A DNA stretch of 63,782 nucleotides from Negaprion brevirostris. Its lineage: Eukaryota. Position 1 is the stretch's first letter; every line of letters begins with the position of its first letter. The position numbers and the translations under genes are program-made. The DNA is taken from the NCBI GenBank assembly GCA_030324005.1, contig JARDVH010000106.1, positions 45,552,931-45,616,712 on the forward strand. Direction: 5' to 3'. The notes below the pieces were generated by a model. The model was not told the DNA's origin. It did no database searches and saw only the letters and a list, made by a program, of their open reading frames with translations. Shown one piece after another: positions 25,605 through 38,649 of the stretch.

Positions 25605-26150
25605 TAGCATTTCTTTGCTTGCTGATTGTAATACTTTGCAGCAAGCAAATATTCACATCTTTCGAGTTTTGCTGGCATGGATTGGTTGAGTTCAGTCAGT
25701 ACCTTGCCAATTGCAAACAGCCAAAGGGATGTGCTGTTTGATACAATCCGTTGGGACATATAGCCTACATAGCTGGCATTGCACAAGCACTGAATTTCAA
25801 ATACCACATTATTCATTTGTACGGTAGGCAGAAAGTCTTTTCGGCTAGATGACAGCAGCCTTTTAATGAAAAGCACAGTTCATGCTGCCACCCAATAGAA
25901 ACAGTACAAAATATCTAGTTGTATCTGTTGCTCAAACTTTTGGGATACTTTATTCATCCAAGATAATTTGAGGCAGACTGGATTTCTTTCAGTTCCAAAG
26001 ATGAAGCCCCAAGCCCACTTGTGAGTATTCACAATACCCAACAAGCAATGATATGATCGGGGTAGCCAATAGACTTCAGGATAGTTTCAATGTTCCTTTT
26101 TTTGGTTTCAAACTTGCAGTGACCAATTAGCTTGGATCCTACTTACAAGA
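25605..26150 (-). mobile_element. Penelope-like element relic: RT linker plus GIY-YIG endonuclease
   Basis: KDFLPTVQMNNVVFEIQCLCNASYVGYMSQR (NVVY...C.C...YVG.T.QR GIY-YIG signature); upstream ILKSIGYPDHII matches the PLE L..NGYP..I motif; frameshifted. Confidence 0.8.
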
Positions 26151-26174
26151 TTTCTTGATATCTATTTGTTTACA

Positions 26175-26530
26175 GGTGATAAGCATCGATAGCTAGGCCA
26201 GGATTTATTGCCAATCCCTAATTTCCCTTGAGGCGGCGGCAGTGATCTTTTTAAACGACTGCAGTTTGTGTCATTTAGCTACAACCTTGTTAGGAAGGAT
26301 GTTCCAGAATTTGAAATTATTGACAGTGAATGAACACCATGGTAATTCCAAATAAGGATGGTGTGTGGCTTTGAGGAGGAAATTGCAGGTGGTCTTGCTA
26401 GATGCTGGAGGTCTTAGAAGATTCTGTTGAAGAAGCCTTGGCAAGTTGTTGCAGCGCATCCTGTACATAGTACACACTGATCCCACGATGTGTCAGTGGT
26501 GAAGGGCATGAATGTTCAAAGATGGACGTT
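26175..26530 (-). mobile_element. CR1-group LINE 3' end (family of 9345-10437)
   Basis: ctaggccaggatttattgccaatccctaatttcccttgagg matches the tail at 9360-9400. Confidence 0.75.
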
Positions 26531-27224
26531 ACATTAATCAGTCTAAAGAAATGAAGTATCCATGATTTGCACATTGTGCAGGAACTGCACATTACAACTG
26601 TGAGTTGTTCCAACACATTTTTCAAAGCTTAATAAAATTAAGCTGAGCAACTCAGTAACCTGACATTTCAAGTATATTTTTATGTCACTGTGCTTCTCAG
26701 TGAAACTAATCTTCGCACTCTCCGCCTTTCAGACGCCACTCATGATCACTTTTCTACCATGTTACCTTAAACATCAGCCTCTCTNNNNNNNNNNNNNNNN
26801 NNNNNNNNNNNNNNNNNNNNNNNNNNNNNNNNNNNNNNNNNNNNNNNNNNNNNNNNNNNNNNNNNNNNNNNNNNNNNNNNNNNNNNNNNNNNNNNNNNNN
26901 NNNNNNNNNNNNNNNNNNNNNNNNNNNNNNNNNNNNNNNNNNNNNNNNNNNNNNNNNNNNNNNNNNNNNNNNNNNNNNNNNNNNNNNNNNNNNNNNNNNN
27001 NNNNNNNNNNNNNNNNNNNNNNNNNNNNNNNNNNNNNNNNNNNNNNNNNNNNNNNNNNNNNNNNNNNNNNNNNNNNNNNNNNNNNNNNNNNNNNNNNNNN
27101 NNNNNNNNNNNNNNNNNNNNNGCCAAGATAAACAAACAGCACACCATGTGTGAATCATTCTTGCAGTGGCCGATTTACATCTTTCATGGGTGTTCTGCAA
27201 TCTACTGATCCCCCACTGCTTACA

Positions 27225-27614
27225 TAAAGACTTGTTCTTATATAACGCTCTACATGATCACTGGCCATCTCAAAGTGCTTTAGTGCTTTTTGTGGTGTGG
27301 TCACTATTGTAATGTTGGGAGTGTGACAGCAAATCTGTGCTCAACAAACTCTCACAAACAGCAATGTGATAATGATCAGACAACCTTTTGATTTATTGTC
27401 ACATGTATTAACATAGTAGTGAAAAGTATTACTTCTTGCCTGTTTTCTGTGATGTTCATTGAGGGATAATTCCCCCATTCTTCCTCAAATTAGCACTGTA
27501 GAATCTTTTACCCAGACAGACAATGGAGCTTCTGAAAGACAGCAGCTCCAATATTGTAATATTCCTTCTATGCTGTACTGAAATGCAGCCTTTACCTTTA
27601 TGTTCAAAACCTGG
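27225..27614 (-). mobile_element. Deu-domain SINE (SacSINE1-like), split by a Harbinger relic; its head resumes at 29421-29470
   Basis: cacaaacagcaatgtgataatgatcaga core; co-linear with 47695-48060, whose ggagtgggat head segment reappears at 29421. Confidence 0.75.
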
Positions 27615-29420
27615 GATGGTTGGAGACTGGGTGCAAGTGTAGTGGATGGGGAAGTGCAATTCCCACCAGCAGATGCAGTGGGTTTCCACATCAGATTGGC
27701 TGCTTTTCGGCTGTGTGCTTGTGCATGAACATGCAGCAGAACTTGTAGGAGCAGGTTTGGATTTGTCTGCCCTGCTGTTATCTCGTTAGCTCATATATCC
27801 AGGCACCACATTTAAATCACACCCACATTCACTCTGTGCAGTCAAGACTTGTTGAACACCAAAGCAACCCCGAGAAGGAAGAATTCCACAAATGCAATCT
27901 TTTGTAACAGCATACAGGTGGCACTCCTCCAGGAAGTCAATGAACGACATGCGATACTTTTCTTCCCTGGAAGGAGTCACCAGGGCGGTCACATCAAAAC
28001 TGCAGCAGAGGAGCAGCATCCAGTGCAGGAAGAGGATGAATGATCTCATCTGCTCCACTGGGTTAAGCTGACCTTCTATTCATTCTCAACCCATACTCTC
28101 AAATTACATCCTCAGCATTTATTAAGTCCACTCAGCACACACACAAGACAAGCCTCCATATCATTTGCTTTGGCATCCATCCTGCTCAAAGTCTATCCAA
28201 CTGATTTTAGATTTAAAAAAAAATCATCCACAGCAGCAGGGAGGGGNNNNNNNNNNNNNNNNNCAGGGGAATGCCAAAGCTCAGGCCATGCTGCCCTGCG
28301 AGGAACAGGCAGCACAGCTGGCCAGTGAGGACAGAGACCAAGGCAAGATTGGCATCTCCCAAAAAGCCAACAAGGGCCCATCAACAACTCACTGCCCACC
28401 CACCAAAACTGGGAGTGCCTTTTAGGGTTGGTCAATATACAGCCAATCACTAATTATCTCTGCTCTTTATAACAGGCACAGCAAGAAAGGAAGAGGTCCA
28501 CCGGCAGCCAGCCTATCAGCCCCATCCCCAGACACCAGCTTGGATGAAGATGCTGAGGACTCATTAAACGTAGCCTCTTGAACCCTCCAACAGCACAAAC
28601 ACTCACCGCTCAGTTGGACTGAGGTTTAGAGCAGATTCGCGGTCACCATCTGCTGAGCACAGCACCAATTCAGGTCCACAGCAGGCAGCAGCTGTGCCAG
28701 CCAAGGTCACCAACACCCAGAGCAGTGCTGGAGGCCTAACTTCTGCTGAATCCGAGTCCAACAATGAGCCTCTGAGCTCAGTGCTTAAAGAGACGTTGGA
28801 GATCAATAGACAGACAAGGGCGCATTAAGCACGATTGTCAGACACCATCACCAGATTAAAATAGGGGATTCTGTCTACGTTCAGTCTGATATTGTGGCAT
28901 CAATGTGCCATTGCATCAAGGTCACCACTGGAAGGATGGTAGCCGCCATGGAGGCCGTAGTCTAGCAGTTTATTACTGATTGGCATGCAGCACACAATCA
29001 CTTCAGCCATGAGAACATTCCAACAGGAGGGTGACAGGACACCACAATCTTTCTCCAGGAGCCATTTCATCTCAATGAGGGGTTCTCAGGTACCCACATG
29101 CACGAGGAGCATCAGCTGGGGACTATCCACCCAGGATTCTCCTGTGATCAGTTATCACTTCCAAGTCCCCATCAACTCCAGCTCCTCAAGCCAAGGCGGG
29201 TGCACCTGCCCTACAAACAGGAGGCCCTCAAAAGACCTCCCAACAATAAAGCACAACAACTAGCAGGCTGTCTCCAGCACTGCTACGTACGTTGGGATGC
29301 ATCTAGACATGCTGGTGAGATTAAATTAAAAAATAAATAAATTTTGAGAGCACAAATGTGACACTCCAACTTTTCCCAAGATACCTGCTTACCACAGGTG
29401 CAACTGGAAAATTCCAGCTC
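27615..29420 (+). mobile_element. PIF/Harbinger-type DNA transposon relic carrying a decayed spliced Myb/SANT-like gene
   Basis: IQVALLQEVNERHAILF / WKEVTRAVTS..QRSSIQCRKRMNDL (Myb/SANT-like domain, frameshifted); later GNAKAQAMLPCEEQAAQLA and S/T-rich exons; right end ggaaaattccagctc is TIR-like; possible tgg TSD. Confidence 0.75.
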
Positions 29421-30699
29421 TGGAGTGGGATTTTAAAACTGATTCTTGTGACTGTCAGAGCTGACAAGGCTCTTGCTAGAAAACTCAAATTCATATCATC
29501 TTAAACTGACAAATTACATGACTATGAGGGCAGTAATGCTGTGTACCTGCTGCATTTTAAAGGACTGCCAAAGCGATTGGATTACAATCTACTCTCACTG
29601 TTGGTTCAGTTAATCTTCTGCAGTTTACAGTTCATTCCATATGTTGGTGCAATTGATATTAGGGGCAGCTTGGAGTTTTGTTTGTGTGGGGTTAGCAGAT
29701 AAAGATGATAAACTAGTCTCAGTCAGATTAGAAATGAATCCTTTCCAAAACACACTACTTAGAATAGCTGTCAACATGCCAGTAGCAACTTCCATCGTAC
29801 ATAAGCAACACAAGCCAGTTTACAGAGTGCCCGTGACATAGATGTCAGTCAGTTGTATATGGCCTTGGTTTGCAGTCTGACAAAGAACCGATTATCTTTG
29901 GACCTTCCAATAATCCTACAATCAACAGCAACCAACAAATGCTTAAAACATGCCAAAAAGGAAAATAGACCTCAGTGCAAATACTCATTTGGCATGTCAT
30001 AAAAAATAATTTGCCAATTAATGAAGTCAAATTAAATGTTGTTCCTGTTTTCATTACACTGAATGCATTTAAGACAAATTCCAAAGATTTAGCCAGTTGG
30101 CACAAATAGAAACCATTGCTCTCTGCTTCACCTATCAAGCAAAACACAAAAAAAATGGTTTGTTGCTTTGGCTGTATTACATATACTTGGTTTCTACACT
30201 CCGTTTTGAAATTAATTATCACAATTTCCCTTTGGGAATGATTCCAAGAAAGAAAAATGCCATAATTCTTATGGAACATCAATGTCAGTTTGTTGATTAT
30301 TTTCTTTATATTTCTTTTTTAAGCAAAAAGTTCATCTATTGTCAATGAATCAACTGAGAACAACTGATGCTTCACTTCCTTCAGAGTACAGATGCGCATC
30401 TTGCAAATGGAAGCAGTACCTCGGAGTTACTGTGTTATGCAAAGATATGCTTATTTCTAAAGGAATTGTACAATTTCCCAGATGCATTTTGCAACCTTAC
30501 AATCAACATTCCTAAGATCCTTTACTTCAGTTTCGCACAGCGTAAGGAAGAGAAAAAGTGGAGTAAAAGACCCAGCAGCCACTCAGTCCCGACAAAATTA
30601 GAACGTGACTGATATTGTACATTGTCAATAAATGATCATTCATCAAATAAATCACTTCATTTATGCTTATTGCCTCCAACACACACAAACTCCTTCACT

Positions 30700-30970
30700 T
30701 CATAGAATCCTTAAAGTGCAGAAGAGGCCAGTCGGCCCATCAAGTCCGCACCAACTTTCTGAAAGAGCACGCTATCCAGCCCCCAGCCCCATAACACTGC
30801 AAACTGATCATGGCCATCTAACCTGAGCATCTTTGGACTGTGGGAGGAAACCCACGCAGACACTAGGAGAATGTCTGTGTGGCGTTTGCACAGTCACCCA
30901 AGGTTGGAATTGAACCTGGGTTCCTGGTTGTGAAGCAGCAGTGCTAACGACTTTGCCATCCTGCTGCCAC
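30700..30970 (-). mobile_element. HE1/V-SINE-type SINE
   Basis: Reverse of the head gttagcactgctgcttcac..ggttcaattcc; tail catagaatcc...gtgcagaagaggcc. Confidence 0.85.
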
Positions 30971-31084
30971 AAGACTTCCCTAGACTTCTGCAAGGAGAAA
31001 TTTATATTTTCTTTGCATCATCCAACACTGAAAAGTTGTGGGAAATCTATGGAACTACTAATTAAATAACATCCAATCCAGTAT

Positions 31085-31275
31085 TCTACCCTCAACAATC
31101 ACCAACACAAATTACCAAGACATCTGTTCATTTGCTATTTGTGGGACCTCTGTGTGGAAATTAGCTGCCATATTTTCTGAAATACAGTGGCTGTACTTGA
31201 AAGTAAACAATGTTGTATAGCGCTTTGGGATGCCCTGAGGATGGGATAATAAATCATTTAAATGCCTGTTCTTTC
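31085..31275 (+). mobile_element. Deu-domain SINE 3' half
   Basis: catttgctatttgtgggacc..aaattagctgcc...agcgctttgggatgccctgagg is the reverse complement of the 27240-27370 type sequence. Confidence 0.65.
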
Positions 31276-31577
31276 ATTAACAGCTAGTGGTGAAGGTTCG
31301 GATGTTCACCCAGTTCAAGACAGCAGGAGACTTGGAAATTAAACATAGCAGCTAACTTGTTTGATCCCTATTCAGTAATCTCCCATTTTTGGATTTATAG
31401 ACTCATGGCTTTTAAATATATGAAATATTGAAATATTTGTACTTGTGTGCAATCAACCTCGGCTTTAAAGACAAGAACAAAGACTAAATTACAGACAACT
31501 TATTAGAATAAAAATTATGACAATTATTTTGGTTACTTCCAATCATCTTTATATTTATTAAAGCAACCTAATTCCAA

Positions 31578-32070
31578 GATAAAAGCAAAATACTGTGGAT
31601 GCAGGAATCTGAAACAAAAACAGAAAATGCTGGAAAATCTCAATCTAACAACATCTGTGGAGAGAGAGTACAGCCAATGTTTCGTGCCTGGATGACCCTT
31701 CGTCAGAGCAGATTCTGACAAAGGGGTATGCTCAGTAAAAAGTCTGACAACACCAGGTTTTAATCCAACCAATTTATTTGATAATAGACTCACGAGCNNN
31801 NNNNNNNNNNNNNNNNNNNNNNNNNNNNNNNNNNNNNNNNNNNNNNNNNNNNNNNNNNNNNNNNNNNNNNNNNNNNNNNNNNNNNNNNNNNNNNNNNGTG
31901 TCCCCTCGAAAGCTTGTGAGTCTATTATCAAATAAATCGGTTGGACTAAAACCCGGTGTTGTCAGATTTTTTACTGTGTTTACCCCAGTTCAACGCCGGC
32001 ATACCCACATCAAGGGGTATGCTGTCAGACCTGCTGAGGCTTTCCAGCATTTTCTGTTTTTGTTTCGAAT
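31578..32070. mobile_element. Palindromic Penelope-derived element hosting a nested insertion
   Basis: Arms gaaacaaaaacagaaaatgctggaaa / tttccagcattttctgtttttgtttc; minus-strand hammerhead boxes CTGACGA (31706-31700) and GAAA (31683-31680). Confidence 0.8.
31733..32011. mobile_element. Younger Penelope-like element with inverted termini and 12-bp TSD (interior in gap)
   Basis: TSD aaggggtatgct at 31721-31732 and 32012-32023; 31733-31797 is the reverse complement of 31912-31976; intact cgaaagcttgtgag hammerhead 3' half. Confidence 0.85.
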
Positions 32071-34064
32071 TCTAAAATCATTGATTCCCCATCATGAGGA
32101 ATTCAATAACCACTGAGGAGTTAATGAAAACATTTTAAAAATTTGCCAGAGTTTTTTTTAAATGCCCATGGGGGAAGCTGGTTAGAAAAGTAAAGTGCAG
32201 CTGAGCGCAACAAAAATTAGTTGTCTGAAAGCCTGAATGAATGAGATGTCCCAAATGGAACCTGTGCAACTGGGAAACCCCTATCCCACCAAGACTGGTA
32301 CTGACCCAGTATTTCCTTATCACAGAAAAATCAACATTCATTAAATTCCATAGTGAAGGGGTTAGCCCCTTTGGTGAATTGACACTTAGACAGCAGTTGA
32401 GTTTGTTTCTCCGAGTTGAGGCTGTACAGATTTTACTCAAAGTTTATTAGCAAACCTTTAGCAAGTACCAGGTATATCAAAAAGTACTTGTAACAAATTT
32501 AATTCCTTTATTTAGAAAGGGTCGATGGCAGAAAATGGAGATGCAAAAAGGGGTAAAACTAATGCTTGCAATTCATCTGTTTCATCAATCTTTGCATCCA
32601 TTTCCATTGCCGCTGCTGTCACTGAGAAACATAGTCATCTTTTAATTGTCTACCAGGATGTCTTCTACATGGCTATTTGAAATGCTTTAGAAGGAATGTG
32701 ACAGGGGTATTACAGATTATTGTTGGCACGAAGCAGCATATCAGTCAGTCATTGTACTGTTGAATGGTGCACTTACACATCTGTGTTATATAGGAGTTAG
32801 CTATCAAAGGAATCGAAGAAAAATTCCAGCATCACACCAGAGAACTTAGCATCCCAATCCCAACAATATTAGACATATTAAATATGAATGCATCCCAAGT
32901 ATGTCCTCATTCAGTGAGTCCAAATCTCACCTTGTCCACAAATGCTTCTAGACTCTTAAAGGATGGAATTAAGTTCTGCCTGCTACATACTCTAAAATGT
33001 AGGAAAGAGACAGACTGTGTAATCTGATGTTTCCCACCTGTACTACTGGACGTGGTGAATTACAGACAGATTTTTAGCTTCATGAGGTGAAATAAATGAT
33101 GCAAAGAACAGTAGTCAGATTTTATTTCTCTACAAAGTAGTCAAAATCCAATGACACCAAATTGAACAAGCGTTAAGGATGGTGCACAAAACCATTTTGT
33201 CACTTGTCCATTAAACTAAAAGAATTGCATTTCAGTGATTCAAATCAATGCTACTCCCCTGCATTCACCTTACTCAACGATTCCAACCACATGCATTACC
33301 TTTTGATGAATTTATCTTCCTGTGAACCCATCACCGGGTTTTCTGGCCAAGCTGGTTCCAGGATCAGAAATTCCCACCTCAGGTCAATGAACCTTTAAAT
33401 GGTCTGTTAAATTTTCTGTCCCACCCACGATGAATGCCATGGTGGGCTGGAACAGAAAATTTACTCCTATGTTTTACATGTTTGAAATTTTCACAACTTT
33501 GCATACAAAAGAAAATGGGACAGAAAAGAAAAGCAGCTGCTAAAATATTGTTACAAAACTAACATGGCAGTAAAGTATCCTATTTTCTTCCGATCACACT
33601 TAACCTGATGCATAATTTAACTTCACAAATTTAATTAGTGCAATAGATAGTTGTTTCCACTGAAATCTGCTCATTGCCTTCTGATGTATATCATGTAAAA
33701 GCAAAGAGGCTTGGCTGACAGTCCAGAAAATCATCGTTCTGCTGGAATACCCGAGCCTGGGAGAAAACATTGCTTGATTAACAATCTGGATCTCTAATTT
33801 CTGCAGTCAATTTCACAATGTTTATTTACTTAAGGTTAAGTGATTTCAAAGAGCTTGTATTTTCTATTATTCATACTTTAAAAGGTCTGGATGACTAAAA
33901 CTATTATTGGGCTCTAGTAAAAGAACCTTTTAAAAATAATGGAAAGTAATGAATGAATAACTATTTTTGCACATCCTATTGTCACTGTACAGTTCACTGG
34001 TTCTATGCAATATATAGTGGAACACTGGGCATAAAAGTCCATAGTTTGACAAAAGGAAATATTG

Positions 34065-34346
34065 GGGGCGGCATGGTGGCACAGTGCTTAGCACTGGGTT
34101 CAATTCTCATCTTGGAGTGGAGTTTGCACATTCTTACCTTGTCTGCACGGGTTTCTTCCAAGTGCTCCGATTTCTTCCCACACTCCAAGGATGTGCAAGT
34201 TAGGTGGACTGGCCATGCTAAATTGCTCCTTAGTGTCCCTTGATGTTGAGGTTAGGGGAATAAGCAGGTCAAATGTGGAAAGTTATGGGGAAGGGCCTGG
34301 GTGGAATGGCTAAAGGGCCTCCTTCAGCACTGTAAGAATTCTATGA
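34065..34346 (+). mobile_element. HE1/V-SINE-type SINE, near full length with CR1-like tail
   Basis: A-box ggcatggtggcacagtg, B-box ggttcaattc, tail gggcctccttcagcactgtaagaattctatga. Confidence 0.85.
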
Positions 34347-35479
34347 AGGAGAAACTACAGGAGCATGGGAAGAAATATGGGAGCTGGGACACATACCTTG
34401 GCACTGGGGGGGTGGGCAGGGTGCATTAAGATAACCTTTGAACTCACCTTTCAAAAACTCCCCATCATGCAGACAAGGGTCTGAGGTGCCATGAACCATT
34501 ACTCTTTAAATGTCTGACCCAACTCCATGAAAATTGTGGAGGAGTTGGCCTTGGCCAACAATGTACCCGGGCAAGAGTGCTGGATGTGTAACCTCAACCC
34601 CAAACCAGCCAAATACCCTTGAAAGGCATGCCTAAAAATCAGACAGCATGGGAATTTTGTATTTTTCTTTCAGACGTTCAATATCAGCAACTTTTGGCCT
34701 TTGTATTACATTTCATGGGATTGGGTTAAACAGCAGTTTGGATTCAGGAATGTGTTACGAATACTGAGCTGTCTAAAGCAAGGTAAGGAAGGAAGAGCAA
34801 GAGTGAGAGGAATTACTGCTGTGTGAAGAAGCAACAGACATGGCCATAAGAACATGGTGAATTGTCTGTGTGTTAACAACTGAGCAGAATGTTTATAACA
34901 GTTAGTTTTCTGTTTGAAAGAAAAGGGGACAAAATGGACAAGACTTAGATTTCAGGAAACAAACAGTCACCAAGATAGGCTTTGCTGGTGGAAGGCAATT
35001 CTGGAATACTCAGATTAAGTACAACTATTTCCAAAAGGCACCAAAAGATTCAGCCTGGTGTGGTAGGGTGAAGTGAGCCTACTGTAAAGTCGATTATTTG
35101 GGAACTTGAGTCACAGGTCTCTATTCTCGTATGTCCCATGACCGCTACCAGCGAGAAAAAATAATTTGCTACTCAGCCAAATCTCCATTCAAAGCAGATG
35201 AGGTCGGAGAATCCTGACTGTAGTCTTATATTGCCACATAGCATGGTGTAAAATAAAACATTTTGTTCGACATATTTTAATTGCAATAGTTATACAAAAC
35301 TATTTTTTCTTTAACATATTAGTTGCAATATTTGGTCTATGTTGATTTCAGTTGTTACAGTGAAAATCTTATTGACAATATAAATTATTATCCTTTAATC
35401 CTTTCTATCTGCCAGTGGGAAATTTGCCTCTTTTTTCAAAAGCATTGTAGGCCTCTATGGGAATCAGAGCAACAGGTTA

Positions 35480-36720
35480 ACAGACAGAGAAATGTAGGGC
35501 TAAATGGGTTATTTTCACATTGGCCAGTCATAACTGGCAGGGTTCTACAAAGTCAGTGCTTGTGTTGCAATTATTTACAATCTATATTATTAATAATTTA
35601 GATGAGAGATGCAGATGAAAGGATCAATTTTAATGTCTCCAAGTTTGCTGATGACACAACGCTCGGTGGTAAAGTAAGATGAGGATGCAAATAGATTTCA
35701 AAAAGATGTTGACAAGTTGGGCAGAAATTTCCCAGTTCCAAGCTGGGTTCATGAGCAAAGTTTCTGCNNNNNNNNNNTGCCAGGGTGACCAACCCACAGA
35801 ATGGCAGCCCACTGAAGAGAGTTGGGAAGCCAACTTAAATTACTAACAATCTTAGCAAGGGCCATTTTCCAGTCCATTCCCACAGCCCTAATGAGCATCC
35901 AGAGGGACCTGTCTGCTTAGCCCCTCCAATTTAGTAGTTTGTACTGACCACCTCGGTGTGCCTCCCTCTTGAGTGCCCTCTGAACCCCTGTAGTGATAAG
36001 GGGCACCCACCTGTCAATAGTAGAATATGTGAATGTTTTGCAGCTGTTGGCCCTGTGACCTACATCCTTAATTGGACATGGAGGCTTGAAGCAGTCAGGT
36101 AGAAAGCTAGTTCCAGTAACATTACTGAGCCAGTCCTGCTGCCAGCAACTGAAGGCTTGGGGAACCTTTCCATTTGGTTCCAACTTCAGAGTCCTGAAGC
36201 CTGTGGTAAATATCTTGCTTCTTTATGAGTGACAAAAAGAAGCAAGAGTTTAATCTGGGAAAGTATAACCTCACTCACTATTAGGAAGGAAAGTAAAGCA
36301 CAATTTTTGTTTAAAAAAAGAGAAACAATTGAAGGGATTTTGGGATCCCGGTACATGAAATCACAGAAAATCAACATGCAGTTTCAGCAACCAATTTGGA
36401 ATGCAAATGATATGTTAGCCTCTATTGCAAGGAAATCAAAGTATACAAGAAAATAATTATACATAAGGCCTGGGTGAGGCCATACATAGAGTACAGGGTA
36501 CAAGTTAGTCTCCTTCCCAAACGAAACCAAGCTATTTTTCTTAGAGCAGGGGCTGCGAGGGTTCATTAGGTGAATTCCTGGATGAGAGAGCTGTCCTACA
36601 AGGAGAAATTGAATTGCATGGACCTACATTCTCTCAAAGTTTGAAGCATGAGGGGCAACGCCATTGAAAGGTATAAGTTTCTTTGATGGCTTGACCAAGT
36701 AGGTGATGCTTCCTCTTGTT
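35480..36720 (+). mobile_element. Decayed CR1 LINE interrupted by a MITE (~35719-36218)
   Basis: tccaagtttgctgatgacacaacgctc reads SKFADDTTL (RT catalytic motif); resumes ~36320 with ANDMLASIAR; MITE begins gggcagaaatttccc. Confidence 0.75.
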
Positions 36721-36865
36721 TAAAAAAAGTCTTAAAAGTTAGGATCATGATGTCATTGGCCCTTTCCAACAACAACTTATATTTATAATGCCTTTAACAT
36801 AATAGTGTCCCAAGGAATGTCACGGAAGAACTAGAAGCAAAATATGCCATTAAGCAGGAAATAGC

Positions 36866-37117
36866 GATGCATCTTGAGGGGAATTGCTTGATAGAGCAGA
36901 CGCAGCACGGTTTCGTTAAGGGGAAGTCGTGTCTGACAAATTTANNNNNNNNNNNNNNNNNNNNNNNNNNNNNNNNNNNNNNNNNNNNNNNNNNNNNNNN
37001 NNNNNNNNNNNNNNNNNNNNNNNNNNNNNNNNNNNNNNNNNNNNATGATCTTATTGAATGGCGGGGCAGGCTCGAAGGGCTAGATGGCCTACTCCTGCTC
37101 CTATTTCTTATGTTCTT
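36866..37117 (+). mobile_element. Young CR1/HER1 LINE (collapsed in a 100-N gap) inserted in an L2-type 3' end (36766-37220, minus)
   Basis: Undisrupted HLEGNCLIEQTQHGFVKGKSCLTNL with CpGs retained; canonical 3' tail after the gap. Confidence 0.9.
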
Positions 37118-37914
37118 AACAAAATGTTAGGTCAGATGACCAGAAGATTGATCAAAGAAATAGGTTTTAAGAAGCATCTTAATAAAGTTACAGGATGGAG
37201 AGGTGCAGGGAGGGCTTAGACAAGGAGAAATTTCTTCGCCCAGAAGGGCTGTGATTCTTTCTACTTGCCTACCCCAAAAGAAGGTAGATGTTTCATTGCT
37301 TTGTGCATTCAAAACTGAGACCAGTAGCTTCTTGACCAAGAAGAAAACCAAGGGATGCTGGGATGGAGCATGACATGGGATTTGAGTTGAAAAACCAGCT
37401 GCTGAATGCTAGAAGGGTTTGGAAGCCCTATAGTCGACACCTGATTTTATTTTTAAAGTTCTGACAATTTGGATCAAGCTCAGAAATTCATCTTGACACA
37501 TCTGCCTTTGAAGACATTTCTTGCCTCTAGAGTGTACCATAAAAAAAAATTACCTTTTCTTCAAAATTTCATTTTGAAAATTAAACCCATTTTGCTGCCA
37601 AAATCATTAACATTTCACAAAATGGAATCTGTTCCTGATGACCTAGTGAGTGACAAGTTTTCATTCCCCTGCTGACAGGACGAATCCCCCAGAATCCGTA
37701 AAAGAATTGCATCCTTCAATTAAACTATTAGAGATAGTTTTCCTCCCAGGTCTGGGTGTGGCAGTTCACAAAGTAAAGTAGCCTTTTCTCTCAGACCATA
37801 CAACACGCCTGTTTTCTGACTGTTTCATTAGTTTGTAGAGAAGCCTGTAAATTGATCTGATCTCAAATGGTTTCCTTCCCCACGGTCACACGAAACACAT
37901 TCTCATGTTGAGGT

Positions 37915-38260
37915 AGAATCATTAAAGGTCTGCAGTGCAGGAGGCGGCTATTTGGCTCTTAAAGACTGCACTGACTCTCCAACAGCAATATCCCACCCAG
38001 GCTCGATTTCTACAACCCCACACATTTACTATGGCTAATCCCTCCTTACCTACGCATCTTGGGACAGTAAAGAACAAATTAGCATGGCCAATCCACCTAA
38101 CCTGCACATTTTTGAATTGGGAGGAAAGTGGAGCGTCTGAAGGAAACACATGCAAATGCAGGGAGAACATGCAAACTCCACACAGTCCTCCAAGGTCAGA
38201 ATTGAACCTGGGTTTCTGGTGCTGTGAGGCAGTAATGCTCACCACTGTGCCACCAAGCCA
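37915..38260 (-). mobile_element. HE1/V-SINE-type SINE, full length
   Basis: Reverse complement of the head (gtggcacagtgg..gcattactgcctcacagc..ggttcaattc), core and CR1-like tail. Confidence 0.85.
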
Positions 38261-38354
38261 CCCTGGAAATGTTAATTAGCTACAATTTCACCTCAACTCT
38301 GCTTCATCTTATAATAAATGGATAAATTTAGCTTTTAGTTAAATTTAGTCTTTT

Positions 38355-38548
38355 AGCTCAATTGGATGGACAGCTGGTTTCTGATGCCAATAGTGCAGAT
38401 TAAATTCTCATATTGGCTAAGATCATTCATGAAGACCCACCTTTCCAATTTTGCCCCTCACCTGAGGTGTGGTGATCCTCAAGTTAAATCACCAGTCAGC
38501 GGACAAACTGTGGTCACCTGGGAATATAGCAACTTTATTTTTACTTTC
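38355..38548 (+). mobile_element. Third tRNA-derived SINE family
   Basis: tRNA-like start tagctcaattgg, body ttgcccctcacctgaggtgtggtgatcctcaagttaaatcacca, short T-rich repeat tail; recognised from memory as a shark repeat. Confidence 0.55.
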
Positions 38549-38649
38549 TTTAATTTCTGAGTAACAATAGTACTGACCAGCAATTGCCTGCAGGACACTC
38601 CTGCCAACCCTCGTCTAACTCCACACCCACACAGCTGGACAGCAACAGT

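Noticed and set aside
34065-34110. tRNA genes suggested by A/B boxes
   Set aside because: These are SINE heads that continue into SINE core and tail, with no complete cloverleaf.
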